Assembly (NCBI RefSeq): GCF_009914755.1
Contig: NC_060947.1
DNA from: the human T2T-CHM13v2.0 reference genome, Homo sapiens
Reading direction: 5' to 3' (one strand)
DNA length: 64,000 nt
Made by a program: the position numbers and the translations under genes. Positions 1-13,959 of the stretch are shown here, in pieces. A model generated the notes under the pieces. That model made no database searches, had not been told where the DNA came from, and saw only the letters and a list, made by a program, of their open reading frames with translations. Each line of letters begins with the position of its first letter. Positions within the stretch are counted from its first letter, which is position 1.

Positions 1-950
1 CAGAACCTTTCAATATGTTGAGAATGTTGAAGTGGTAGCAAGCACAGGATCCTAGTCTGAAGGGAGGATTGAGGGGATAGGGAAAATAGTCATGTAGATT
101 TGGCTGTTTTAAGTTAACTGACAAATAGGGAAATGGTGAAAGTTCTGGTCATGGCTATAAAAGAAGTTTTGGTACTTGGGACATTAGCAACCACGAATTC
201 TACTATTCCTTTTATCTCTCTAGATTTCAATAAAGCCCATTTGTCCACATATCCTTAGAGCAGCATATAGTTAAGAGACTGTGTTCCCTTAAAAATGTGG
301 TTTTGATTAATCTGCCTTTGGATTATCCAGTTGCTCTTTGGTTGGATAACTTGAGCCTTGGCCTTCATTTTTTTTCTTTTTTATATTTGGCCATCTAATA
401 GAGGGATTAAAGCACATATCAGATCTAAGCAGCAGGATTTGAACAAAGCCAAATGCATGAACTCTCTTTCTTAGTCCTCCCCCTTTAAAGTTAGCATCCA
501 TTCCTTAAAACAGTACCAATGTTTTCAATTAAGGAAGCCAGTTGAAGTGGCATGAGTGTGCACCACTTTCTTAAAAGAAGCTCAGAAGCCAGAACAAAAG
601 TCTTGGCAGATAATATAGTGGAATTAAAATCTAGTCACTATAGATTTACTGGAAATCTGCTCAAACCTCCCCAAGCCCCCTATATCTTAACAGTCTTGAT
701 GGCAAAGGAGGATGGAGTGACTTTTTAAAAATTTTTGAATTTCTTATTACACTCTCGTGAACTTCAAATCTGTCAGCCAAGTCATGAAATTAGTTAGGTT
801 TTTTCCACCTCCTCTGGCTTACCAGTTTCTTCCTGTAAAGTTCAGTGCCATGTCCCTGTCGTCCTTGGAATGACTCATTAATCTTTCTTTTATGACCTTT
901 TGGTATGGTTGATTCACAGATTCTACTTTCACATGTTAATTCCCTTAGCA

Positions 951-1152
951 TAGTGGTTCTCAAAGTTTGGCCTCTTGACTAGCAGTGTCAGTATCACCCA
1001 GAAACTTGTTAGAAATGCAAATTCTTGGGAGCCACTCCAGAAATAGTAAGGCAGAAACAAACCCAAGTAGGAGTACTGGTTGGGGGAGCAGGCAATCTGT
1101 GTTTTAACAGATTAGGTATTTCCGATGCATGCACCAGATTGAAGAGTCACTG
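951..1152 (+). mobile_element. MER5A-like hAT-Charlie MITE
   Basis: Ends tagtggttctcaaagt...gaagagtcactg; core gaaacttgttagaaatgcaaattct and gcaatctgtgttttaaca. Confidence 0.8.
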
Positions 1153-2590
1153 CCTCAGTTATAGCCCATCCTTTGAGGTGCTTCTTTGTTGCTTCATTGT
1201 GCATATTATCCTCACTTAGAACCAGGCACTAACATGAGAAAATCACGTTTTCATTGGAGTTTCAAGGTGGTTTGGTGACATTGATTCCTGACACTGCCCC
1301 ACCAACCATGTGTGCACACGCGCAAGCACACACAGACACACACACACAAATTTAGGAAATAAAAATATTAATCATTACTTGAATATTCCAGGAAGGGGAT
1401 AGTGAGCTGCATATCTCTCTCCCACTGGGTGAATCCCAGGAAAGGGCAAAATTTCCCCATGTCAGGCATATAAGTTTATATAGATTATCCTTCAGATTAA
1501 GTTCTTAGGATATATAGATTTGAGGAAGGTATTTAAGACTTTCCTTCACAATGAAAATATACTGTAAACTATGAAAGCATGTCTTCGCAAATTAATATAA
1601 GCAAATATCCTGAGTCTTCTACTCCCACACCATAAATCCCTAAAAGTTTAGAAATACATGTAGAACTGGTTTTGATTATAGAATTAGGTACTTTTCCTTG
1701 TTTTGCATATGTATCCTGTTAGTGAACTGGAAACTTAAGCTATTTGTTCCTTACATCTTAATACACAGTAGAGTAGCATTTTGGGGGCTGCCTTCACAAA
1801 GTTCCTTTTTGGCAAGTTGGTGATGGCAGCTTAGTACAATGGTTTGGAGTACTGTAACAGCATTCTGCAGTAAATTTCCCAGTGCTGATGGCTTAGAATT
1901 TGCTAAATGTTTCTGCAGAACTTTCAGATCTGGAAACCTGGGCAAGATTTCTCAGAAAGGGCAGAAGTTAAGGATGGTGATGTAGAAAGTTGTAGGATTC
2001 CCTCTCCTGATAGAATTTACGTAGTGAGATACTTTGCAGATGATTTGAGGACCTTTGTTAGTCTGCTGCCAAACAGACTAACTGGTCTCTTCCAGCCAAC
2101 TTGGTCAATTTAATAATAAATAAACCTTGTCAATCCAGTTGTTTGACTAGGTTGTAAGTTAACTCTTGGTTATTTAAAACACTGGCTGATTATTTCACTG
2201 AAGACACATAGCCTCAAGATACAGCCTAAGTTTGATATATTCCTATTAAGAAAGTGAGGAAATATTAACATCTACAAGCCACTTGCATACAATTTTATAT
2301 ATTTGGTCAATGGACTTCAGATTAAACATAATTATTTGAGTCACAGGAAGCAAACATTTATAAGTTAGTATATTTCACCTACATTTCTTTTAATCTGAGC
2401 CCAAGTTGACTGAACCCAGGTTCGCTGTGTTCTGGTCCATAATATGTCAAGTGGATATGTCAGGTGATAAATGTTCTTCTATTCTTTCTGAGGCTGGGTT
2501 TCAGTATTTACAAGGGAATCCTCAGTTGTAATTGGCTCCTTTTATTCTTATTTGAAATAAATAAAACCTAGATTACCTTGGGAAGCTGAG

Positions 2591-2795
2591 TAGTGTATTA
2601 CCGTAAGCATGAGCTTTGGAATCGCTGAGACCTGGATTTTAACTTTTAACTCTGCCACTTTGTGTGTGACCTTAGGCAAATTACTTAAACTCTCTGAGCC
2701 TCAGGTTTTCTCATCTATTAAATTAAGCATGATAATACTTACCTCACAGGACATAGTGCCTGGTACATAAGAAATGCTCAGTAAATGTTAGCTAT
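2591..2795 (+). mobile_element. MIR SINE
   Basis: Core tgtgaccttaggcaaattacttaaactctctgagcctcaggttttctcatcta; 3' gtgcctggtacataag...taaatgttagctat. Confidence 0.8.
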
Positions 2796-4617
2796 CCTCT
2801 TGCAGGCAAAGGACTTAAGTTGCATTTGAGAATCTAATCTTAATTAAGAGGCATAAACATGGAGTTGCACCAGTGACCTGGAGGAAGTACCCTGCTTGCC
2901 TTTACCAGGTCAATCATGAGCTGTGGGTATAGATATCACATAAGATGTTGAACAGAGGGGAAGAGAGGGAAAGGGCCTTAGGTTGCCTTTCTGTGTTCTG
3001 ATTTAATAACAAGTCCAAAAGGATTTTTTATTCAATAGAGGAAACAATACTAAATGGTAAGATGGAAGTACATAATTTTAATGGAAGAAGTAAAAACTAG
3101 AGTTAGGAGAAATAGGAAAAACTTCATAATTGAACTAGAAGAGCATAAAGAAATAATTGTAATACAATACATACTGTAAGAAATCTTATTAAGGAGCTAC
3201 AAGTGACAGTGGGAATGTGAGAGAGAAAGAAGGAGAGACATATTGAAATTATTCTGATTGAGAAGATTCGGGGTGAGGCAGTTTCTGAAAGCTTTATCCT
3301 TAGGGCCTCTCACCTCCTCTAGCTGGGAGACAAGTCTGCATTTGCAGCATACATAATTGATTATCTCCTCAGGTGATGGTCTCATAAATGATTCTCTTTA
3401 TCTCTAATTTATAAAACAAAAGAATGAAGTGAAATTATTGGCAGTAGGGACCTATAGATATTTGGAGACAGTAATATTTTAAATTTTGCTCTGACACTGA
3501 CAGAAAGATGAGATCCACTAAACCACTGTAGATGCCATATATTATGTGAAAGATAAAGTATGTAAGATATCAACTCATGCTTCACTTTTTAAAACCACTC
3601 TAAAGTACCTTACATTAAGTGTACAACAAATTTTCTAAATAAACTAAGGATCAGTAGGATAGTCTCTTTATAGTTCTTAGACAATCAACAATAGTTATAG
3701 TTTTCCTGTAAGGAAAATAATTTTTACCTTACCAATTTCTTTTCAAGTTTGATGTTTATCAACCACACTCAAAAGGAAAATTTGTGGTTGTAACATTTTT
3801 ATTGCTTCTATTGATCAGTTTCCTGTAATCGTTCCTTCTTTGATTAAAAAAACTCTTCTGACAGTTTTGCTAAATCCTTTAATTTATATTTTATGAAAAT
3901 ATATCTAAATATGTTATTTAGTTACATTAACAGTTGCTTACAACAAACTTGACAACCAAGACATTTAAGAGAAAGCTCTGTGAGGAAGTGCCTATGTACC
4001 TAACAAAGAACTCTCATTAGAATCTTTGTCCTTAAAGGAATTCTAAATTTTGGGGCTGTGTTTGTTCTTCACTTTTGCCACTTGATCTTCAATGGTATGT
4101 AAACAGTCTGTAATAAAGTGACACTAATGCTCCTTGAATGTCATGAAAAATCTCATTTTAGTTTATTATGTCATAGGGTTAGTGCTCATGTATGTAAGAT
4201 GCTAAACATCTGAATATTTGATAACATTTGAATGTTATAGCATCATATTGTTATTGCCAATGTGCATGCTATTTTAGAATCTTTATGGATGCAACAGCAG
4301 CAGAAAGCAATATCAATATTTAGTATGCTTGTAGGTCATTCCAATTTCAGTAAAGGAGAAGAACATAATATACCAGGCTAAGGATACCACTACCACAGGA
4401 CCGCTGACTGTTTAGGGACAGAAATAGGGACCTCAAGACCACTTAATAAAGATTAAAGGGCCTGATTTTCTTAGGTACAGCAGTATCTAAACTTCTCTAT
4501 ACATATATATGAGAATGTTTCGAATAGATGCTAATCAAATAGATTTGATCAGTGAGTGGGTTTTTGAGGGTCAGTTAAGAAAGTTATTTGACCCAACATG
4601 TAGTGAAAGGAAGTATT

Positions 4618-4850
4618 GTATAATGTTTTAAAAACATGGGATCTGGGGTCAGATTTTCTGGATTTGTATCCTGATTGTGCCACTTAAGTATCTCAGGCAT
4701 GTGACCTCTCAATTTTTTCATCTGCAATGTGGGCACAATGATACTCTTTGACCTATGGGATAGTTGTGAAAGTTAACTGAGTTTGTCAATGTAAGAGGTT
4801 CCTAGAACCTGTTACATAATAAGTCATCCACAATTTTGCATTTATATTTA
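4618..4850 (+). mobile_element. Diverged MIR SINE
   Basis: tggggtcaga...ctggatttgtatcctg...tttttcatctgcaatgtggg pattern; boundaries approximate. Confidence 0.6.
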
Positions 4851-6019
4851 TCACTGTTATTAGTTACTTGAGTCTAATGGCTCTTTGTCCTGGAGTAATT
4901 TTGAGACAATAACCAGCATATTGAAGAAATTTCAATTGATTCATTTTCTTTCTTAAACAATCATTATTTTTTATTGCTCTATTCTACTATTAAGAAAATA
5001 GTATTGCTGTATAATCTCTGATTAGAATCACACTCCTCTTAAAATATGGGCTATCAGTTAAGAAGCAAAAGGTTGGTACAGATCCATGTTCCACATTACT
5101 CTTTTAGCCAGTTACCCAGCAACCAGATGCAAACAATTTATAAATTAAACCCCACCTTTTGTCAGAAGATTTGAGGCAATTTGTAAAGTTAATATGCATT
5201 GCTGAGATCGAGGTGAGAGATCAGAAACCAATCAGGAGAGGAATAAAGATAACGATCCCAAGAATCTAAGATGCGAAACTGAATTCAGTTGAATAATAAA
5301 GATCAGATTTTCCTGGCATCTGAGGCCAAATAAACAAATACCCAAAACCTATGATAGTATTTATATTAATTTGCAGAGAACCTTATTTCTTAAAGAAAAA
5401 AATCCCCCCCTTTTTTTTTGCAGTCAGATCTTGATTGGTTAAGCCAATTCAAAGGGACCCTTAATTTACTGGGGGCTTTGTTACACACATAGCTAATAGC
5501 ATGACTAAGAAAATAACCAGACAAATTTAAAAAGCTATTTCCAGGCATTTGCAGACACGTGGGCACATATTCAGCAGGGTTTCACAAATCTTCTGTGTCT
5601 ATAATCAATAGTTAAAACTAACTCTGCAAAATGTGCGCATAAACAAGATTTCCTTTTCATCTTCCTTCCCACTTTTTTCCTTCTCTCTCTCTCTGTATGT
5701 GTCTTCTTTCTCTCTCTGCTGTTTGTTTGCTTGCTAGTATCCATCCCTTGCATCCCTGGATTGCCCAGGCCTGTCACCTGAGGAACCCTACCTGATTGAC
5801 CAAGCTGGCTGATGTATCCTACTGTTCTCTTCTCTATCTTCTCTATAAAGCAGCAAATAACTCTAGCATTTTAGAAAACTTTTCAGCAAAAAATAGGGCA
5901 AAAAGTGTGTTTTAGATGCCTCTTGGTTAAGTTAAACCTTTAGTCAAATAGAATTTTCCATTAACTGATAAGTCCTTTACCAGCACAGTCAGTATAATAA
6001 GAATAAAGTGCCATCTGAT

Positions 6020-6170
6020 GGGATTTTCTGGGGTAGTGAGACTATTCTTCATGTTGATTGTGGTGGTGATTATGTGACTGCATGTGTTTGTCAAAACTCA
6101 TAGAAATGCACACTAAAATGGGCAAATTTTACTGATGTAAATTGTACCTCAGTAAACCTGACCAAAAAAA
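6020..6170 (+). mobile_element. Old L1M (L1MC/ME-like) 3' end fragment
   Basis: ttgattgtggtggtgattatgtgactgcatgtgtttgtcaaaactcataga...tacctcagtaaacctgaccaaaaaaa. Confidence 0.7.
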
Positions 6171-7840
6171 ATGTGTACCATCTCCAGTTTTTTTTTTTTT
6201 TTACTTTTTTCTATTATAAAGGGAGAGACTTGAAAGATATGTGGATGGATGAATGGATAGATAACCAAAATGCTATAGAGATAGAATTGTGTAGTTATAG
6301 AAAAGCACTGAGACTTAGACCCCAGAGGTATAATTTCAGGCTCACTTATACTGCCAGCTGTACTCTCTTCTCAAAGTGTCACCAGTAAGGTTACTTTCCC
6401 TTTCTGGAATTTGTTTCTGCCTCTATAAACTGAAAGCATTGCACTAGTATCTGATTAAGCTCAGGCAATTCCTCTGGTGAGGTGGCCTGATTTGGGGGAA
6501 GGGTAGGAGGGGGAAGTAGGCAGATTTGCTTGAGTGTCAGAAAATAAATCATCTATCACAAAAACAGGTGGAATGGATAATGTCATGTGAAATTTGAGAA
6601 ACATCTGTTCGCCTATATTAGTGTCTGGGTCAAGATGGAGCCACCTGGGTTGAAGTGATGTATCAGGTTGCCAAAATCAGTGTCTAGTTGACCCAAGATG
6701 ATTTGGCCAGTGTAAAACAAGACTGTTATCAGTTTTACAGTTTTTAGGGTTTTTTCACTTTCTTTAATTTCTGGGGAATTGTTATTTTTTGGAGCTAGCT
6801 GGGGAAGAGGGAAAGTTAATTAATAAAGTTAATCTCAGTGTAAGAGAATATACTCACCTTAAAAGAGTAAAGATTGCCTTCTAAGAAGAGTAGGTATTAT
6901 TTTCTAAATATTTTACTGTCTTGCTTTACTGTAATTGCTTGCTCAAATAGATCTCTTTCAGTTAGATAAAAGAGAAAAAACCTGGATCATTGATTGCATA
7001 AATACAGAATGGGGAAGAGTAATTTGTTTAGTAATATTGATATGTGCTTTATAACATAACCTGATTATGTTTGGGGGAGCTGAATTTCCACTTCCAAGCA
7101 CAAACAGACCTATATAGAATAGTAAAATTGCTAAGATGATGATTTTGAAAGAGAAATAATAAGAGCCAAGGTAAACCATGTTCTATGATGGACCTTGGTT
7201 GTTTTCATCCTGCAAGGAGCATCAATAAATGAAACCTGCCAGATAAGGTTCTCCAGTGATAAACTAGACTACTCTTATGCCAATGACTTGCCAAATTATT
7301 GTATATAGCCAGTATCTGCATGATTTTATGATTCATAACCCAAAAAGGGTGTGTTTAACATAATATGCTGCTTGAACCTAGAAATCAGCAGCAGCTGAGA
7401 AATCTACATTTCAGAAATACACTGGAATATGTTCCTCAACAGAGTGTGTGGAAGCCAGGCTTTTAATATATTAATACAATGCTTTTGGAAAATATATCAC
7501 AGCTATCCCCAGTGAGAGATGACTGCTTTTTAGTGTTCACTTAATAGCCACACATAAATAGAATTCTTTGCACTACCTTATGCAATGCCTCCTCAATCAC
7601 ATGTGTATTGGGGCAGGGAGAGAAAGGGGTGCAGAAGCCTTTTGAGGAGGCAGATGTGCAGTTGGGGTCTCTTGCCATACAGAAAGCTTGAAAAGAATAA
7701 TAAAACCAGTCAATGGTAATTTTGTAATAGCTTAGATGACCCTGAACCCCTTGAAGGTGAAGTCCTTGACTTAATTTGTTTTTGAAGCTCTCACCCAGTA
7801 CCTTGCCTTAAATGAAGTATCTCTGTTTGGCTTTGTATTT

Positions 7841-8020
7841 TTTTATTGCTTGCTATGTGTCGGGCACTATGCTACTTCTTTCTTGTAGGTTATCTGTTCT
7901 AATCTCTAAAACAATCCTGTGAGGGAAGGTATCATTATTCCCCTTTTACAGTTGAGAGGTCAAGTAACTTGCCTTATAGTCACAGAGTTAGCTAATGATA
8001 AACAGCTGGAATTCAAAGAC
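7841..8020 (-). mobile_element. MIR SINE, antisense
   Basis: acaatcctgtgagggaaggtatcattattccccttttacagttgagaggtcaagtaacttgcc. Confidence 0.7.
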
Positions 8021-8200
8021 AAAAATGCTTTTTTACCATACCAGAGCTTGCTTCAGTGTCCAGAGATTGACCATGCATTAATTTGTACCTTTAATATATG
8101 AGTATTATTATTAAAATGTATCTTTTCAAAAAATTTTTTAAGACTAGAGGAAATTCATATTTAACATCTCCACAGTCATTATTTAACTTATTTTCATTTA

Positions 8201-9500
8201 AAAATAACAGCTTTATTAAGATATCATTTATATAACCATCACCTTTTAAAGTATACAGCTCAGTAGTTTTTAGTGTATACAAAAACAGTGCAACCATGAT
8301 AACTATTTGATTCCAGAACATTTTCATTACCCACAAAGGAAACCCTCTAACCATTAGCAGTCATCCCCCAGGCCCCCTGCCCCCAGCCACTGGCAACCAT
8401 TAATTTATTCTATGGCATATTCTGGACATTTCACATAAATGGAATCATACAATGTGTGACATTTTATGACAAACTACTTTCTCTTAACATATATTAGGTT
8501 GGTGCAAAAGTAATTGCCATTACTTTTATTGGCAAAAACTGCAATTACTTTTGCACCAACCTAATAGTTTTCAGTTTATTCATGTCGTAGTATGAATCAG
8601 GACATTATTTTTTCTTATAGCTAAATAATATTCCATTGTTATTGATATACCACATTTTGCTTATCCATTCATTCATCAGTTTTGATGGACATTTAGGTTG
8701 TTTCAGCTTTTGTGGCTATTATTAATAATGTTGACATGACCATTCATATACAAGTTTGTGTGGGGATGGATCTTTTCAATCCTATTGGGTATATACCTCC
8801 AAACGGATTTGCTGGGTCATATGGTAACTCTATGTGTGACTTTTTGAGGAGCTGCAAGACTGTTTTCCACCATTACTACAGCATTTTCCATTCTTACCAA
8901 GGGTATATGAAGTTCCAATTTCTCCCCACCTGCACCAAAACACTCTTCCAATTTTAAAAATTATTATAGCCATTTTAGTGGATGTGGAGTGGTATCTCAC
9001 TGTGGTTTTGATTTACATTTCCCTAACAACTAATAATGCTGAACATCTCAGTTGCTTATTGGGCATTTATGTCTTCCTTGGATAAATCCATTCAGATCAT
9101 TTGTCAGTAGAAATCCCTGATAAGATATATGATTTAAAAATATTTTCTCCCACTCTGTGGGTTGTCTTTTCACTTTAATTTTGATGATGTCCAGTTTATC
9201 TGTTTTCTTTGGTTATTTGGGCCTTTAATATCATATATAAGAAATCATTACCTAATCCAATGTCACAAAGATTTACTGCTATGTTTTCTTTTAGGAGTTT
9301 TATAGCTTTACGTCTTACAGTTAGGTAGCTGATCCATTTTGAGGTAATTTCCGTGTGTGGTAGAAGGGAGGGGCACACTTTATTTTGTTTTGCAGTTTGC
9401 CCCAGCTCCATTTGTTAAAAGACTTAATCTTTATCCATTGAATTGTCTTGACATTCTTGTTAAAGATTAATTGCCCATAAATATAAATGTAAGGGTTTAT
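8201..9500 (-). mobile_element. L1MB-type LINE-1 3' portion, antisense, interrupted by MADE1
   Basis: 3'UTR cagctttattaagata...ttccagaacattttcattacc; minus-strand ORF2 remnant KWISYLTVRRKAIKLLKENIAVNLCDIGLGNDFL (9196-9411). Confidence 0.88.
8494..8564. mobile_element. MADE1 (Hsmar1 mariner-derived MITE) with TA target-site duplication
   Basis: ta|ttaggttggtgcaaaagtaattgc...gcaattacttttgcaccaacctaa|ta; perfect 24-bp terminal inverted repeats. Confidence 0.93.
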
Positions 9501-9581
9501 TTAATATATTTTCATCAAATTATGAAAGGTTAATATTGTTAATTGTGCTTACCATGAATTTGATTTAAATTTTTGAATTTC

Positions 9582-9920
<339 letters not shown>

Positions 9921-11125
9921 TGAGTTTCACATAAAACAAGATGGTGATAAGATACAAATTGTGCTTAGTTGCTGTAAAACAGTTATTGAAATAATTTTGT
10001 CATCAAGGAAGCAACAGTGAATGGTTTATTACTTTGAAAATAAATATAATTGAGTCTTTATCATAATAAATTAGTATTCTCTACTACAGCCTAACTTTAA
10101 CTGTGAACTAGATTACTCAAGAGCTAGTTTTGAATAAGGTAATATATAAATGTCATCATTCATTGGCTGCCTTAGATGAAATCTAAGAATTTTTTTACTT
10201 GTTAGCCACTAAAATTTCCAATGAGAAAAAAAAAAGCCAGCCAGGAAGTTATCCTACACAAATTAAAGCTAATCATAAGACATTTTGAAAAATAAAAATA
10301 ATAGGAAAGTCATCATCCATTTCCAAAATGAAGAAATACATTTTCAGGTCTCTGAAGTTCTTTCTTCCTCATGATTTTATTTTGGTTGAGATTATCCAGA
10401 GATTTCCTTCAAATAATAGCAATGGACAACAAAATATTTTGGTACTATGATATGGACCATTTGATGTACAAACTATATAGAGAATATATTGGTTTTGAAA
10501 TGGGTGTGTTTGTGACTTTAACTTTCCAAAGTCAATATTTACCATGGATGCAATTAGTGGCTGATGTTAAAACTAAGGTGACGGGGCTTGTGCTTATTGT
10601 GCTCTTAATGGTCTCAGCAAGTTGATTAAATTTGTTTCCAGTGGGCAATACACTTGAGGCAAAGAGGCCCTGCATAGAGTTTAGCAAATTTATACTTTAA
10701 CAATTCTTAAATATTCCATATCATGAGTGGCTGGTTTGAGAATTAAGATTTTAGTCACTAAAAAGTTAGAAAGTAGCAAGAGAAGTTATGTACTATTTAT
10801 CTTCTAGACAGGCCTGAGAGAAACAAAAAACAATATTGTATAAATGGTGGACAAGGAATAATACTTAAGCTGTGGGATGGTATGGTATATGATTTTTATG
10901 AAACCTCAGCCCAGGCTTTTGCACCAAATTGATTGCATTTTCTGAAACGCAAGAAGTAAAGCCACTGTGAAGACACTAGGGATGGTTTTAAGGATGCTGA
11001 AGTTGCAGAAGGTACGAAGGCAGTTGTGTTATTGAATACTATTACTACTGGAGAATAAAGAGTTTTGTTTTAACACCCTTTATTTAGACTGGCCAAACTT
11101 CAGACTTTTAGGTTAAATAGTAACA

Positions 11126-11126
<1 letters not shown>

Positions 11127-11164
<38 letters not shown>
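11127..11164. repeat. (AC)19 microsatellite
   Basis: Direct read. Confidence 0.95.
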
Positions 11165-11170
<6 letters not shown>

Positions 11171-11189
11171 TATTTTAAAGTCTCTGTGA

Positions 11190-11465
11190 AAAGGAAGTTA
11201 CCCATTCCCATGTGTTATTTTAATTGTCAAGGAATCCTTGCCGATGTTTAGTTAATAATCTTTTCCACTTTCATTAAAGCCCATTTCCTTTTTATCAGTT
11301 TTCTGTAGTCACAGCAGCAGCCATAAATTTCTGAATATTCAAAGATAATATTCCAAGTTACCATTGAGCCTTCTCTTCTCTCAGCTTAACAACACTAATG
11401 CCTGCAAACTTTCCTAGAAAGATTCATTTTCCATTACTTTAATCATTTCTGTTATTCTCTGTAGA
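11190..11465 (-). mobile_element. L3/CR1 LINE fragment
   Basis: aagcccatttccttttt...gagccttctcttctctcagcttaacaac...ctttaatcatttctgttattctct resembles antisense CR1/L3 3' ORF2. Confidence 0.65.
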
Positions 11466-13959
11466 AGAGTATTCTTCTCTTTTAAAGGTAATAATGCTCA
11501 GATTGACTTAAGTGGAGTTTCTTCAGGAGATTTTGCACTTTTTATACATTTTGTATAAGAGAAGGAGCCTGACAATCTCAGAATTCTATCTAAGAGACTT
11601 CCATTTCTTACACTGACATTTCTCAGACTGTCATTTCCCATCATCTTATGTGGTAATTTATGAAAATTCTATAAGCAAGGCTTATGCCAAAGCAGTTCCC
11701 AAAGGCTTTTGCTGTTGGAGTCAGTTTGGCCATCAACTCATGGGAATGACTTGTTTAAGTCACTTTTTGTAAGAGGATAATCTTCCAAGCTTTATCTTAT
11801 CCAAAGCAATTCAGTTGCATGAAAATAATAAAAAGTTGTAATTCAGATGGAGACATAAAAATTTGATTTAAAAGACCTTTTTCTATTGCTATGACTTTAT
11901 TTGGAATGTATAATGCAGAGATATGCTGAGTTTAACTCATATAATGAGAGGCAGAGTGTACACTTGTAAATCTTCATAGAAAGGATTTCACAGCTCTCAG
12001 TGCTGCTTAGTATCAAAAATCTAAATGAGATACCAACTAAACACAGATATTTGGCCTGCAATATTGTATAGTACATCTAGTTACCCTGAAAACATAGGGA
12101 GAGGTCTTGAGATATCTGTGGGCTACTTCACTATTACAACTTGCCAATTCTGTAAATGGACTCACTCTATTTATTAGGAAAATCTCTCCCTCTTGTTTGA
12201 GCTGGAAATTTCTAAATCTTTTAAAATAAAAAAAATTAATGAACAAACTCTGAAATAATCAAATGCACCAAGTAGAGGAAGAAATCAGATCTTTCCAGAA
12301 AATCACTGTTTGTTTTAACTGGTAGCAAAGATGGATCAAATTGTAAAGTTAAATTAATATATACATCTTAAGTAAAACACATACACATACACACACACAC
12401 ACAGACACGCACACATATGTATGGTTCTCAATACTTGAATAATTTTATGATTTAATTTGGTGATTAAACTTGTCAGGAGAGAAAAACTAGTTTCCCTTTG
12501 GCTTTCTGTAAGGCAAGACTTGGTCATGTCCCAGTTAATTTGGGAGAATATAACTAGGTAATTTAGGGTGTCTGAATTTTGCAGAGACAATAGGTAAACT
12601 TCACAGAGTTTAGGCAAAAAGGATTAATCAGATGAATTTTCAGGGGAATAAACTTTTCTCTTCTCTCTCCTCTCCCTTCTCTCCCCTTTTCTCTTTTTAT
12701 CCCACCCCAACAGTTTGGGCTGGAAGCAGCTTACAGCAAATCAGCACCTTAGCACTCTTAATATCACCCAGTGAAAAGCAGGGTTCTATTCTTCTAGCCA
12801 TATACACAACTCTTTATGCCCCCCTTCAGGCTCCTGTTGGGGATTGTATTTTCCCTTCACTATTGCCTTTGATGTTTATTTTAAACTGTGAATCTCTCCT
12901 GCATTTAAATACTTGTTGCACCCCTTAGCAGCTGCTGAAACGTATTGCAGGGGTTCCACTCTGATGAGACAATTATAAAACAATCTCACTATCTCCTAAG
13001 CCCGCACCTGGGGTGGTGGGTTGGGGATAGTGGGGGAGTAAGTAGTGGAGAGTAGCAGTGTATTCCTTAGAGGAAAGCCTTAATTTTGGCAGGAACAGAA
13101 TCCTCCTTAAGGAGGCCCCTGAGTTCACACTCTTTTGGGTACTTCCCCATGAAGAGTATAGGCATTTTCTGACTTCTCATAGTTCGCAAAGGAATAAATA
13201 AGAACAAACTCTAAATTACCACAGTGACAGTGACTCATGACCATAGCACCAGAAAAGACCCTTGGAGCCAGAGTACTTTGGTTGTGTGAATTCCCAGGTG
13301 TGGGCTTAGAGAGATAGTGGGATCTTTTTTTGTAGTGGTCTTGCTCAAGTGGAAACCCTGCAATGTTTCAGCAGCTGTTAAGGGGTGCAACAAATATTTA
13401 AACCCACACAAGTGGCAAAGGCTGCTGAGCTGCTATTTATGTAAATATTGTAATTTGGGCCTGAAAGGAATTAGATTTTGTATATTAATAAATAAAATTG
13501 GAGTAAAGAAATAAATCATCTATCTTTACCACCTTTCTTTGCAGGCCTCTAGCTTGATTTCTGTATCTCTTAAAGACTTATTTAGGATGAAGATATTGGT
13601 CATACAGCCTTGTAGGCATTGCTATATCAAGATAATTTTTTCCTCATTTAGATTCTGCCAAGACAGCCATTTGTCGGTCAGCTCAGGGGAAAACCAGTTC
13701 AGTCAGTTACTTTGTGTTCAAAGTTTAGCCCAAGGAACACTGCTTAGCCTCAGGAGCACTCGAGGTGGCATAGCTCTCAAAAAATGTAAGAATGTAAGTC
13801 AGGTGCATAAAACAAAACAAAGCAAAAAAAAAAAAAACATAAAAGTCAGTACACTTTTTTCATGGATCGGTTTTAATCTCTGTTATGAATTCTCAAATAA
13901 GTGTTTTTTCTTACCTTAAATTTATTTTTATTAGTGATAGAGGAGGTTTATTTCATAAA

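Noticed and set aside
5561-5638. Imperfect inverted repeat gggcacatattcagcagggtt...aactctgcaaaatgtgcgc
   Set aside because: Several mismatches and gaps; possibly a very old MITE relic but cannot be told from chance by eye
12937-12990. GAAAC...CTGATGAG, hammerhead ribozyme core words
   Set aside because: I could not form stems I-III with a correctly placed NUH cleavage triplet
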